Positions 46,884 to 56,932 of a stretch of DNA of 64,000 nucleotides are shown here, piece after piece. Where the stretch lies: positions 1,515-65,514 of the forward strand of contig CAZJID010000002.1 of assembly GCA_964545945.1 (NCBI GenBank), in the 5' to 3' direction. A program made the translations under genes and the position numbers. The notes beneath the pieces were generated by a model, which saw only the letters and a program-made list of their open reading frames with translations, had not been told where the DNA came from and did no database searches. Position 1 is the stretch's first letter. Each line of letters starts with the position of its first letter. Origin of the DNA: an uncultured Dehalococcoidales bacterium. GTDB lineage: Bacteria > Chloroflexota > Dehalococcoidia > GIF9 > UBA5629.

Positions 46884-48158
46884 CTAATAAACCCTTTCAT
46901 CTACAATCTGTTTGGCGTTTTTGGGAATACTACCGCCCGCGACGAAATCTATTCGGTCAAACTTGACCTTACATACCTCTCTGAAACTCTTGTCCAGATT
47001 ACCCTGCAGCTTCTCCCTATCAACAGATTTATCAACCAGCTCAACTTTAAGAAGCATTTCATCCCTGTTCTGTGGACGGGTCACCACGAGCTGATATTTA
47101 CTGATCTCTGGAAATCTGGCAATGACTTCGTCCGTTTGCTTAGGATGAACAAACATACCGCGTACCCTGACTGCCTCACCGGACCTTCCCATAATTTTAG
47201 GTAATCGCGGGGTTGTTCGTCCACAGTCGCAGGGTTCGTCCACCATCATTGATAAGTCACCCGTACCGAACCGTATTAAAGGATAAACGTCGTCAAAGGG
47301 AGTAACCACTATCTCCCCAATCTCTCCAGGCTCAAGCTGTTTCCCTGTCACGGGATCTACTATCTCAATTATAGCATCTGCAGTTATGTGCATGCCGGAC
47401 TGTTTTTCGCACCCCGTGGCCACGGTACCAACATCCGCAGTAGCATACATGTCTCCACCCATACATAAAATGCCATATTTTTCCTGAAACAGTTTACGTA
47501 GAGATTCACCACCCATTTCTCCACCGACCATTGCCCATTTTAGATTAAAGTCTTTTTTAAAGTTGTAACCCATCTCCTCAGCTTTGTCGATAATTATCTT
47601 CAGAAAACTGGGCGTACCCACAAATCCGTTTACCTTAAGATCGCGCATGACCTGTACCTGGAGCTCCGTGTTCCCAGTACCCATAGGGACGACCGTAAAT
47701 CCCATATTCCTAAGCAACTTGTCGACTCCAAGACCCGCAGGAGTCACATGATAAGACCATGTATTCATTACTATCTGTCCCTTGCCGAAGTCGGGTCCCA
47801 TCCCGCCACCTGCGCCGAAGCCTCTTTTGCGCTGCGGATCGTAGATTGGGCCAGGAGATTGATATATTCTCTCCAGGCTATCCATAGGAACTGCAAGATA
47901 GCCACCAAAAGGAGGATTAGCCTTTTGCAGGGCGATCAGGTCATCCTTTCTTACCATTGGTATCTTTTCTAGATCCTTGGCTGTGCGGATATCCTCTGGT
48001 TTGACTCCAGCTTTATCAAAGCGTTCCTTTACCGCTGGCGCCCTTTCATAGGAATAAGCGATTATTTCACGCATCCTTTCTTCGAGGTGTTTTTGTCTCT
48101 CTTTTGGAGCCATTCTCTCTAACTCATGTGGTAAAGGTCTCGACTTTTTGTTTTCCAT
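46884..48158 (-). CDS. PaaK-family ligase-like protein; paralog 2
   Basis: 424 aa, with the same motifs as paralog 1 (QSPGPIYDP, PLIRFGTGDL, CDCGRTTPRL). By eye most residues are identical to paralog 3. Confidence 0.8.
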   Translation of the reverse strand: MENKKSRPLPHELERMAPKERQKHLEERMREIIAYSYERAPAVKERFDKAGVKPEDIRTAKDLEKIPMVRKDDLIALQKANPPFGGYLAVPMDSLERIYQSPGPIYDPQRKRGFGAGGGMGPDFGKGQIVMNTWSYHVTPAGLGVDKLLRNMGFTVVPMGTGNTELQVQVMRDLKVNGFVGTPSFLKIIIDKAEEMGYNFKKDFNLKWAMVGGEMGGESLRKLFQEKYGILCMGGDMYATADVGTVATGCEKQSGMHITADAIIEIVDPVTGKQLEPGEIGEIVVTPFDDVYPLIRFGTGDLSMMVDEPCDCGRTTPRLPKIMGRSGEAVRVRGMFVHPKQTDEVIARFPEISKYQLVVTRPQNRDEMLLKVELVDKSVDREKLQGNLDKSFREVCKVKFDRIDFVAGGSIPKNAKQIVDERVY

Positions 48159-48274
48159 ATTTAATTTTCTCCCTGGCTACTACAGGATATCCTCACAACC
48201 CCTACACCCTTGATTTACTTGCCTTTTTATAGCCACCGTACTATAAACTATGCCAATACTTTCAGCTAGATACA

Positions 48275-48308
48275 AAAGTACTAGATCAAGCTGACAAGTT
48301 AGTACTTT
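48275..48308. repeat. 9-bp perfect inverted repeat between PaaK-like paralogs 3 and 2
   Basis: AAAGTACTA (48275-48283), 16 nt, TAGTACTTT (48300-48308). Confidence 0.5.
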
Positions 48309-48359
48309 AGCAACAAAGAGCCTGCAATAGCAAAACTACCTATCAATTCTCCTGTCGAC

Positions 48360-49682
48360 CTAGTACTTCCTCTTGTCAATAATATGTTTAGCATCTTCCG
48401 GAATGGAGCCACTATCCACAAGCTCGAGTCGATCGAACCTGACTTTGCACACGTCTTTGAAAGCCTTATCCAAGTCGTTCTTTAATTTGTCCTTTTCTAC
48501 AGGCATATGTATCTCCGCCCGTTCCGTACCTAACCTGAATGCTTCCTTATGTTTGACGCCGAGTTCAATCTTGAGAACCATCTCGTCTCTGTCCTCTGGG
48601 CGAGTCACTACCAGTTGATATCGTCGGATATCCGGGAATCTGGCAATTACCTCATCTGACTGCTTGGGATGGACAAACATACCTCGTACTCTGACCGCCT
48701 CACCTGACCTCCCTAAAATTTTGGTTAATCTTGGCGTTGTTCTTCCACAGCCACAGGGTTCGTCGACCATCATCGATAAGTCACCTGTGGCAAACCTAAT
48801 CAAGGGGTAAACCTCATCGAATGGTGTAACCACGACCTCGCCTTCCTCGCCTGGGCCAAGTTGTTTTCCTGTTACGGAGTCTACTATTTCCACTACGGCA
48901 TCCGCAGTTATGTGCATGCCGGATTGCTTGTCGCATCCGGTTGCTACTGTGCCCACATCTGCAGTAGCATAGGCATCGCCACCCATACAAAAAATACCAT
49001 AGCTATCCTGGAACAATTTCCTCAATGGTTCACCACCCATTTCACCGCTCACCATAGCCCACTTTAAGTTGAAGTCTTTTTTAAAGTTGTACCCCATTTC
49101 CTCAGCTTTATCGATAATTATCTTTAGAAAACTGGGAGTCCCGACGAAACCATGTACCTTCAGGTCTCGCATGACCTGTACCTGGAGTTCGGTATTACCC
49201 GTACCCATAGGGACGACCGTGAACCCCATATTTCTGAGCAGCTGATCCACTCCTAGACCCGCGGGAGTTATGTGATAAGACCAGGTATTCATTACTATTT
49301 GCCCTTTGCCGAAGTCGGGTCCCATTCCGCCACCTGCGCCGAAGCCTCTTTTGCGCTGCGGATCGTAGATTGGGCCAGGCGACTGATATATTCTCTCCAG
49401 ACTGTCCATAGGAACTGCAAGGTAGCCGCCGAAGGGAGGATCGGCTTTTTGCAAAGCAATCAGGTCATCCTTTCTCAATAGTGGGATCTTTTCTAAATCT
49501 TTAACTATGCGAATATCTTCAGGCTTTATTCCGGCCTTACGGAAGCGTTCCTTGACCGCCGGAGCCTTATCATATGCGTACGCGATTATTTCCCTCATCC
49601 TTTCTTCCAGATGCTTTTGTCTTTCTTTAGAGGGCATTCTCTCTAATTCATGCGGTAAAGGTCTCGACTCTTTCTTTTCCAT
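48360..49682 (-). CDS. PaaK-family ligase-like protein; paralog 3 (carries a ~16-aa C-terminal insertion)
   Basis: 440 aa. It is near-identical to paralog 2 over the first ~360 residues, then carries the insert ...GVKHKEAFRLGTERAEIHMPVE... relative to paralog 2. Confidence 0.8.
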   Translation of the reverse strand: MEKKESRPLPHELERMPSKERQKHLEERMREIIAYAYDKAPAVKERFRKAGIKPEDIRIVKDLEKIPLLRKDDLIALQKADPPFGGYLAVPMDSLERIYQSPGPIYDPQRKRGFGAGGGMGPDFGKGQIVMNTWSYHITPAGLGVDQLLRNMGFTVVPMGTGNTELQVQVMRDLKVHGFVGTPSFLKIIIDKAEEMGYNFKKDFNLKWAMVSGEMGGEPLRKLFQDSYGIFCMGGDAYATADVGTVATGCDKQSGMHITADAVVEIVDSVTGKQLGPGEEGEVVVTPFDEVYPLIRFATGDLSMMVDEPCGCGRTTPRLTKILGRSGEAVRVRGMFVHPKQSDEVIARFPDIRRYQLVVTRPEDRDEMVLKIELGVKHKEAFRLGTERAEIHMPVEKDKLKNDLDKAFKDVCKVRFDRLELVDSGSIPEDAKHIIDKRKY

Positions 49683-49949
49683 GTTTGCCTCCCTGCCAGA
49701 CTCAATCTGGACGTAATTATGCCCGATTCATTTAATCTCCGCAAGATTCAGTGATATTCGAACTTCGTACAAAAGGGAACAAACTAATCTTTATTGAGCT
49801 TGATATGAAAGAAGTAAAAAGGTATAGTCATATTATCAGCAGGTCACTTACTTAAAAGAAACTAATGGGGGAATTAGCTAAATTGGCCTCAAGCCCGCTG
49901 AACCGGCCACTATCTCGAAAAAGTATTAATAAATTGACAGGAAAGATGT

Positions 49950-51392
49950 ATGCGCTTTAACAATCTCAGTGTCTCATACCGCCGTACAAAAATAGTCTGT
50001 ACGATAGGTCCTGGAACCAGTTCGCCATCAATTATGATGCAGCTACTCAGAGCCGGAATGGATGTGGCCAGAATTAACTTCTCACATGGATCACCAAAAG
50101 AACACATTGGTTATATAAAGGCTCTGCGTCAAGCAGCGAAAAAAGCCAATCTGCCACTGGCGATAATGCAAGACCTACCGGGGCCAAAAAACAGGACCGG
50201 AAAGCTAAAGAGTGGTACCGCCAATCTTGAGGCAAATGCTGATTTCGTTCTAACCACCCAGCAGATTCTCGGAGATAAGCACAAAGTGTCCGTAGGCTTA
50301 CCGGAGTTACCGAGCCTTGTAAAGCCCGGAGATACGATATTCCTTGATGATGGTGCCATTGAACTGAAGGTAATGTCCGCCGGAAACACAGAGGTCAGCT
50401 GCAAGATAAAAACAGGAGGCATTCTAGCCGAGGATAAAGGTGTCAATATTCCCGGCATCACGTGGGATTCTTCAACAATAACACAAGAAGATTGGGAGCA
50501 TCTTCGTTTTGGTCTGAAATATGATGTGGACCTCGTAGCTCTCTCTTTCATAAGAGAAGCTGACGACATACTCAAGGTGCGCAGTTTTATTAAGAAAAAG
50601 AAAACGTCGGCAGCACTTATAGCTAAAATTGAGAGGCGTGAAGCCCTAAATAATCTGGATGAGATACTCGAGGTAGCTGATGGTGCTATGGTAGCCCGTG
50701 GCGACCTTGGCGTAGAAATTCCTATACAACGTGTACCCATAGTTCAAAAGGAAATCATCCAGAAGTGCAACCGCCTGGGTAAGCCGGTAATCGTCGCCAC
50801 CCAGATGCTCGAGTCCATGGTGCATTCTCTTCGGCCTACAAGGGCCGAGGTTACAGATGTGGCCAATGCCATCTTTGATGGTGCCGATGCTCTCATGCTG
50901 TCGGAGGAAACCGCTATCGGTAACTATCCTATAGAGAGCTTATCTATGATGGCGCAGATTGCTCTGGAAGCGGAGGCGGCAATACCGTACGAAGACCTCC
51001 TGACTAATAAAGGCAAAGACCTTGAACCCCAAACGGATGATGCTATCAGTTATGCTGCTTGCCATGCTGCACATCAACTTTGTGCAGCAGCCATTATTGC
51101 TTTTACCTCGTCGGGAAGCACTGCCCGTCGCGTCGCTAAATATCGCCCGGGCGTACCGATTCTGGCTATTACCCCAAGTACTACAACACAAAGACAGTTG
51201 GCGATATCTTGGGGAGTACGCGCTTTTCAAATTCCGGAGCCATCAAAAATATCCACACTTTTCACCCGGGGAGCCAGAGTAGCCAAAAAGGAAGGCTACG
51301 CTCTGGAAGATGACCTGGTTGTGATTACCGGCGGCGTGCCTATAGGCATTTCGGGAAGCACTAATCTTTTGAAAGTAGAGCGTGTTCAATGA
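49950..51392 (+). CDS. pyk: Pyruvate kinase
   Basis: 480 aa. RRTKIVCTIGP, MVARGDLGVEIP, ATQMLESM, and a C-terminal regulatory domain. Confidence 0.95.
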   Translation: MRFNNLSVSYRRTKIVCTIGPGTSSPSIMMQLLRAGMDVARINFSHGSPKEHIGYIKALRQAAKKANLPLAIMQDLPGPKNRTGKLKSGTANLEANADFVLTTQQILGDKHKVSVGLPELPSLVKPGDTIFLDDGAIELKVMSAGNTEVSCKIKTGGILAEDKGVNIPGITWDSSTITQEDWEHLRFGLKYDVDLVALSFIREADDILKVRSFIKKKKTSAALIAKIERREALNNLDEILEVADGAMVARGDLGVEIPIQRVPIVQKEIIQKCNRLGKPVIVATQMLESMVHSLRPTRAEVTDVANAIFDGADALMLSEETAIGNYPIESLSMMAQIALEAEAAIPYEDLLTNKGKDLEPQTDDAISYAACHAAHQLCAAAIIAFTSSGSTARRVAKYRPGVPILAITPSTTTQRQLAISWGVRAFQIPEPSKISTLFTRGARVAKKEGYALEDDLVVITGGVPIGISGSTNLLKVERVQ

Positions 51393-52318
51393 TTGCCACC
51401 GTAACTTTAAATCCTAGCCTGGATAGAACGGTTACGGTAGAGGAACTGGTTTTGGATGAGGCCAATCGATGGACCAGCTTACGCCGAGACCCGGGCGGCA
51501 AAGGAATTAACGTTTCCAGGGTCATCCATGAGCTTGGAGGAAAAACAGTTGCTTACGGTTTTATGGGCGGGATAGACGGCGAAACATTAAGGCACCTACT
51601 TCGACATCAGGGCGTACCGTTTGATTTCACTCCAATCACCGGAGAAATCCGGAGCAACTTTATAATCGCCGACTTAGACACCTGTCGCCAGACAAGAATA
51701 GAAGCCCCCGGGCCTCATATTATGAGACACGAACTGCAAAAACTGGTGCAAAAAATAAGGCATATCAGCCCGAAACCTGCCTACCTGGTATTCGCCGGCA
51801 GTGTCCCGCCAGCGGTACCCGATGATATCTACCATCAGCTTATAGAGTCAGCTAAAAACAACGGTATAAAAACAGTGCTAGATTCGGACAACAAATGGCT
51901 GAAAGAAGGAATAAAGGCTAAACCCAATGTTATTAAACCGAACGTGCACGAAGTTGAAGAATTGCTTGAAACACGTCTGGGAAGCGAAGCAGCGATTGTT
52001 GAGGCACTTAAGCGATTGATTGGCGGGGGCATCGAAATCGCGGTTATCTCAAGGGGTAAACAAGGATTGATAGCCACCGATGGCGAGCAAATTTTAAAAG
52101 CTGTACCCCCGGAGGTAGAAGTCTGTAGCACGGTTGGCGCCGGCGACTCGGCCATTGCTGGCCTCGTCCTTAAACTAAACGAAGGGGCTGGCTTGGAAGA
52201 GGCGTGCCGCTGGGCAACAGCTGCTGGGACAGCTGCTACATTAACACCTGGTACTGAACTGTGTCAGCGAGAGGATGTAGAAAAACTGCTTCTCAGGGTC
52301 AAGATAAAAAAACTTTAA
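51389..52318 (+). CDS. pfkB: PfkB-family sugar-phosphate kinase (1-phosphofructokinase / 6-phosphofructokinase-2 / tagatose-6-P kinase group)
   Basis: 309 aa. Begins TVTLNPSLDRT, then GGKGINVS and the C-terminal GAGDS motif. Its start overlaps the pyk stop by 4 nt. Confidence 0.85.
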   Translation: MIATVTLNPSLDRTVTVEELVLDEANRWTSLRRDPGGKGINVSRVIHELGGKTVAYGFMGGIDGETLRHLLRHQGVPFDFTPITGEIRSNFIIADLDTCRQTRIEAPGPHIMRHELQKLVQKIRHISPKPAYLVFAGSVPPAVPDDIYHQLIESAKNNGIKTVLDSDNKWLKEGIKAKPNVIKPNVHEVEELLETRLGSEAAIVEALKRLIGGGIEIAVISRGKQGLIATDGEQILKAVPPEVEVCSTVGAGDSAIAGLVLKLNEGAGLEEACRWATAAGTAATLTPGTELCQREDVEKLLLRVKIKKL

Positions 52319-52389
52319 CTGATTATTTTATTTCGAGCAACTGCGTCTAACTTTTGAGAGCCAAAGAACTTGTCGATATAAATCTCCAA

Positions 52390-53022
52390 TCAATCCGTCA
52401 AACGAGTTTTCAACTCACGCAGGCTTGCCAGCGAGTTTTCGTTATTCAGCCGTTGTTCTCTATCAAGATGAAGAGCACGAATACCTATCTGGCTGGGCGC
52501 AATAAAATCAAATTGCCAGTTATCGCCAATGTGAACTATCTGTCCGGGTTTCACCTGTTGGGTCTGGCAAATCTGGGTATAAAACTCGGGCGTTTTCAAC
52601 TGCCGATAATCGCTAATTGAGGAATAAACATTGGAAAAATAAGGCCGGATGTCTTTTAGAAGAAAATGAAGAAAATCTCTCGATGAACCTGAAGACGCAA
52701 TCAGTTTGTAACCTTCTGCGAGGGAGGCAAGAACCTCTTTCACTTCAGGATAGTAGCTTATTCGATTCTGACATTTCAGCATTACCTGTGCGGGTTTCCC
52801 CAAACCAAGCTTGTTAAACCAGTATCTAATATCATACCATTCCAATCTCTGGTCGCCGACCTTGCGGTATTCCCCCTCAACTACCTCCTTGGCTTGCTCG
52901 ATATTGATGCCGTTTTCTTCGGCATATCGTTCAGGAATAGCTTCGAACCAGACGGCATAGCTGAAATCTGTCGTCACCAGTGTACCTTCGACATCAAAAG
53001 AAATAACCTTTATTTCGTCCAT
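52390..53022 (-). CDS. HAD-superfamily hydrolase
   Basis: 210 aa. Motif I reads FDVEGTL (DxExT rather than DxDxT). A later SSGS and HIGDNWQFD (motif IV) are present. It is the last gene of the cyclase operon, after a 34-nt gap. Confidence 0.75.
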   Translation of the reverse strand: MDEIKVISFDVEGTLVTTDFSYAVWFEAIPERYAEENGINIEQAKEVVEGEYRKVGDQRLEWYDIRYWFNKLGLGKPAQVMLKCQNRISYYPEVKEVLASLAEGYKLIASSGSSRDFLHFLLKDIRPYFSNVYSSISDYRQLKTPEFYTQICQTQQVKPGQIVHIGDNWQFDFIAPSQIGIRALHLDREQRLNNENSLASLRELKTRLTD

Positions 53023-53056
53023 CTGAGAGTTCCCTGGGAAGAAGTAAGAGCATATA

Positions 53057-54874
53057 TTAGCTTAAGCCGACCACTCTGTACACAGAAACCGTTTCTGTCT
53101 TCCCTTTATACGACTGTGGTTCCAATTCCTCCACCTGTACGTAATCCGCCACCTGGCTATAGGTCTCGGAACCGATCCAGACCTCACCACCGGGAGCAGC
53201 CGAACAGATTCGTGAGGCCAGATTGACGGCATCGCCGATGACTGTATACTCGGCACGCCCCGTGGAACCTACGTTGCCAACTAACGCGCTACCGGTATTT
53301 ATACCAATTCCAAACTGCACTCGACGCAATAATGGAGCATCTCGCTGTAGCTCAAGAATCGCTTTTTGAACCTCCCAGGCAGCTTTCACAGCCAGCTTGG
53401 CATGGTCCGGCTGATATTGTGGTGCATTCCACACAGCCATCACGTTGTCACCGGCAAACTTGTTAATCATGCCACCATTGTCAATAAGACGCTCAATTAT
53501 GATCGACAAATAATTATTGAGCATATTAACGACGTCCCCCGGTGGCATCTGTTCACAAATCTCAGTAAAGCCCCTTATATCAGCGAAGAGAACTGTAACC
53601 ATTCGCTGCTCGCCACCGAGTTCAAGTTTTCCACTGTCGGCCATCTGGAGAATCTCTGTTGCTACCTGTGGTGAGACATACCTTCCAAACAGTCTTCTTA
53701 TGAGCTGTCTGTCGGACTGCTCAGCAGTAACTACACAAAAGATGTTGGTAACGTAAGCCACAGGCAATAGCATTAGTGGATACAGAACGTTCATGATGTA
53801 ACCATTATCGAAGGCTAGGAAAACAGATAGTAGGTATCCGGCAAATAGGCCTAGCACCAGTACGCCACCCCATTTGAGTTTCAAATGAGGTAAGGCCAGC
53901 CCCGTAACAATTACCAGAAACAACATGACCAGGAGGGTCGTACTCATACCGGCCTCTATTAAAAAGCGCTGCCTGAGAATGGTATCAATCGCATTGGCAT
54001 GTATCCACACTCCCGGCATCCTTTTAGTTGAAACAGGGGTTCGCCAGGCGTCTGATTCGCCGGTGGCCGTCATGCCAACCAGGACTATCTTGTGTTTAAC
54101 AACAGAGGGATCGAAGTCACCGGCAATAATATCCCCGTAAGAAATCTGAACATAACTCTCGGTACTTGAAATAAAATTTATCCGAAGGCTACCGGAGTCA
54201 TCAACCGGGATATCACGGTCGAGGAGATGAAGCACATCATCTTGTACCGAGTATTCTTGTGGCAATGTTTTGGAGAACAAAACATGTAGGATGGATAATG
54301 TAAAAGCAGGGTAAGTCTGCCCTGAACTATCGTTGGCAATCAAAGGCAGTCGGCGTACTATACCGTCGCCATCGACAAGTATATTGGCATGGCCCTGACT
54401 GATACTCGATTTTTGCAGGAGTTCCGTCGGCAGCAAGAATTGCTCATAAGTGATAATACCATTCTTTGTGGGTAAGGCATCAGCACCCACTACCGGCAAT
54501 ACTACATTGCCGGCATTCTCGATTGCCTCCGCCAGGACCGGGTCGTCAGCCGAAGCATCGGCGAAAAGAACATCAAGGCCGATCACTCCGGCCCCAGCTT
54601 TGCTTAAATTATCGATAGCTTGAGCATGAAGTTTACGTGGCCACTCAGACCATTTACCATAAGTATTCAGCGTAGCGTCATCAACACCCACTATGACTAT
54701 ATTAGGTGAAGGTGGTTCAGGTACAAATAACTGGTCGACAAGCCACCAATTAATACTGGTAAAAGGCTGTATAAAGACAGCCAGCAAGGTAAAGAGGAAT
54801 CCTACGGCGATTACTATACCGGACTGAGTGAGCAGTCGTTTCCGGCGACGGCCTATCTTAATAGAAAATGGCAT
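53057..54874 (-). CDS. CHASE2-sensor class III adenylate/guanylate cyclase
   Basis: 605 aa. One N-terminal TM, a ~270-aa extracytoplasmic CHASE2-like region, three TMs, then the cyclase domain (VTVLFADIRGFT...KFAGDNVMAVW...GINTGSALVGNVGS..EYTVIGDAVNLASR). Confidence 0.85.
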   Translation of the reverse strand: MPFSIKIGRRRKRLLTQSGIVIAVGFLFTLLAVFIQPFTSINWWLVDQLFVPEPPSPNIVIVGVDDATLNTYGKWSEWPRKLHAQAIDNLSKAGAGVIGLDVLFADASADDPVLAEAIENAGNVVLPVVGADALPTKNGIITYEQFLLPTELLQKSSISQGHANILVDGDGIVRRLPLIANDSSGQTYPAFTLSILHVLFSKTLPQEYSVQDDVLHLLDRDIPVDDSGSLRINFISSTESYVQISYGDIIAGDFDPSVVKHKIVLVGMTATGESDAWRTPVSTKRMPGVWIHANAIDTILRQRFLIEAGMSTTLLVMLFLVIVTGLALPHLKLKWGGVLVLGLFAGYLLSVFLAFDNGYIMNVLYPLMLLPVAYVTNIFCVVTAEQSDRQLIRRLFGRYVSPQVATEILQMADSGKLELGGEQRMVTVLFADIRGFTEICEQMPPGDVVNMLNNYLSIIIERLIDNGGMINKFAGDNVMAVWNAPQYQPDHAKLAVKAAWEVQKAILELQRDAPLLRRVQFGIGINTGSALVGNVGSTGRAEYTVIGDAVNLASRICSAAPGGEVWIGSETYSQVADYVQVEELEPQSYKGKTETVSVYRVVGLS

Positions 54875-54912
54875 AACTAATAGTTTTATTTAAACCATAT
54901 AAGGAAACAGGG

Positions 54913-56115
54913 CTAACGGAATGTAATCCTGACTTCCTCAAGCTCTGGAGTTTCGCATAGAATTGCAGTACTGAGAAAAGCCTTATATTTTATATAGCGG
55001 TTTCCATTATGCCCCGGCCAGATATTTGTACCACTGGTTTCATAATAAGTGGTGGGACTGCCATCCGGACCAACAAAATTCCATGTAGAGTTGTCACTAT
55101 TTGTGGCTATTTGGAATTTAAGCTCAGTTAATCCAGGAGTGTCACCATCCCAGGAGATAGTGCCGAACACAGCGGCATGGCCACAATCATGGCTGCTGGA
55201 TTCCAGCGTACCTGTTGGGTAACAGATGGTAGATTCCACCCCTTTACTTATTAGCAACATCACTGTGCCGTTGCCACCACCGACATCAACCACCGTCACA
55301 TTTTCAGTGGTTCCGCCATCAAAATCTTCTACCGTAGTTTGAGTCCAAGTTTGTAGTGGCAACTGGGGAACACTAGTTGGAAGAGGTGGGGACACTTGGA
55401 TTATGACTGGAGGTGCAGCAGAACGTGCGGATGAAGCCGACGAGGATGGTTGATTTATTACCTCATGGGGTGGCAATATCGGCGGCAGCGGTACCGGCTT
55501 GGGCGTGCTAGGCACGTGCGAAGGGACAATGATGATATAGTATCCAGTTGGAATACAGACCTCTTTTCCTTGACCTATGCCGCACCATCGGCCTTCGATA
55601 TTTGTTATTTTAGTAGTACCGTCATTATCCACCTCGACATCTCCCACACTGCCCCTGACCACCGCAGCTCCAGCCGGAGTCTCAATCTCATAATTAGAAG
55701 CCGGGTCAACCAGTTTCTCAACCCTGCTTCTTGTGGTTCCTATCTCTTGCTGTAATTTGATTAAAGTCGAATTACCTGCCTCAGCGATACCCAGTTCACT
55801 GACACCTATCTCGGTATTTGCTGCCAGCTCTATAGTGCTCCCTTCGAAAAAGGTGATAATGGCATTAGAACCGGGGCCTGTCCTTATATGGTCATTCTCT
55901 TCCAGGGACATTCCGGGAGCTGCGGCAGTCCATGTGCTGGTACCTGCCTTTAAAACAGAAACATCTCCTGTGACTGAAGAAATTGTTGTTGGTGTACCGG
56001 GGGACTTGAATGATGTTGCAGCACCATGTCCTGGCTGTTCGCCACAGCCAATCAAACCAAATACTGACAGCGCAATGATAAAAACCAGGGCCGACGCCGA
56101 CTTTGATATTTTCAT
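54913..56115 (-). CDS. FecR-domain lipoprotein with a Pro-rich linker and an unknown C-terminal beta-rich domain
   Basis: Lipobox GLIGC and RBS AGGAGG. The N-terminal half (VSVLKAGTSTW..A..GMSLEENDHIRTGPGSNAIITFFEGS) is FecR-like. The start overlaps the MBL gene stop by 4 nt. Confidence 0.75.
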   Translation of the reverse strand: MKISKSASALVFIIALSVFGLIGCGEQPGHGAATSFKSPGTPTTISSVTGDVSVLKAGTSTWTAAAPGMSLEENDHIRTGPGSNAIITFFEGSTIELAANTEIGVSELGIAEAGNSTLIKLQQEIGTTRSRVEKLVDPASNYEIETPAGAAVVRGSVGDVEVDNDGTTKITNIEGRWCGIGQGKEVCIPTGYYIIIVPSHVPSTPKPVPLPPILPPHEVINQPSSSASSARSAAPPVIIQVSPPLPTSVPQLPLQTWTQTTVEDFDGGTTENVTVVDVGGGNGTVMLLISKGVESTICYPTGTLESSSHDCGHAAVFGTISWDGDTPGLTELKFQIATNSDNSTWNFVGPDGSPTTYYETSGTNIWPGHNGNRYIKYKAFLSTAILCETPELEEVRITFR

Positions 56116-56930
56116 TTCCTGGCCTCCTTGCTCTTGCTATTATATCCCCCGGATAAAATTCCGGATGATGGTTCATTGCTCTTCTTTGGAGTTATGGCTT
56201 CAAACAGCATTTTGGAATCTTGCATTAGCGTTTTGGCATAAACTACTGCTTGCTTTATATCTTGTTCCGGAGCATAGGAGATTCGTCCGTGACCGGGACA
56301 CATTTCAACAATTCTTAGAGTGCTCAAACGCTGTAGAGAATTGACATAGTCGCTTATATTACCGGAGGTAGCGATTTCCGACAATGTGCCATTGGCAAAC
56401 ACAGTGTCTCCAGAGAAAAGCAACCGTTCGTTAGGTTCGTACACGCAGATACACCCCGACGTATGTCCCGGAGTATGAATCACCCTGAGCTCATAGTTGC
56501 CCAGAGCGATAAGGGCATCATCCTCCAGCCATAAGTGCGCATAAAACGGCTTGCTTGCTGTATCGTGATATTTGGTCAGAGTCACAAATTCATCCTGTAA
56601 CTCAATCTTATTAGCCGCCAGACGATGAGCAGCTATTACTGCTGTTTTAAAGAAGAAAGCAGCTGCTCCGATGTGGTCAAAGTGCTCATGAGTTAATACA
56701 ACCAGGTCAATGTCTTCCAACTTCAACCCCATCTGCTTAAAGCATTCTACCAAATTATGGTGATTGGAGCTTATCCCTGTATCAATGAGGACGTTCTTGT
56801 CCCAACCTCGTATCAAATAGACGTGGCTCCCGGGTTTTTCACCCAGAAGCTGATATATGCCAGCCTTTACCTCCACAATCCTGGGATCGCTATGACCCTT
56901 GGAATGTTTTTCAGGCTTAGCTACGGTCAT
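56112..56930 (-). CDS. MBL-fold metallo-hydrolase
   Basis: 272 aa. THEHFDH (HxHxDH) and TPGHTSG motifs. It starts 2 nt after the stop of the cNMP-binding gene. Confidence 0.8.
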   Translation of the reverse strand: MTVAKPEKHSKGHSDPRIVEVKAGIYQLLGEKPGSHVYLIRGWDKNVLIDTGISSNHHNLVECFKQMGLKLEDIDLVVLTHEHFDHIGAAAFFFKTAVIAAHRLAANKIELQDEFVTLTKYHDTASKPFYAHLWLEDDALIALGNYELRVIHTPGHTSGCICVYEPNERLLFSGDTVFANGTLSEIATSGNISDYVNSLQRLSTLRIVEMCPGHGRISYAPEQDIKQAVVYAKTLMQDSKMLFEAITPKKSNEPSSGILSGGYNSKSKEARK

Positions 56931-56932
56931 GG

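Noticed and set aside
55733-56344. 203-aa plus-strand ORF
   Set aside because: It is antisense to the FecR-lipoprotein and MBL genes of the cyclase operon.
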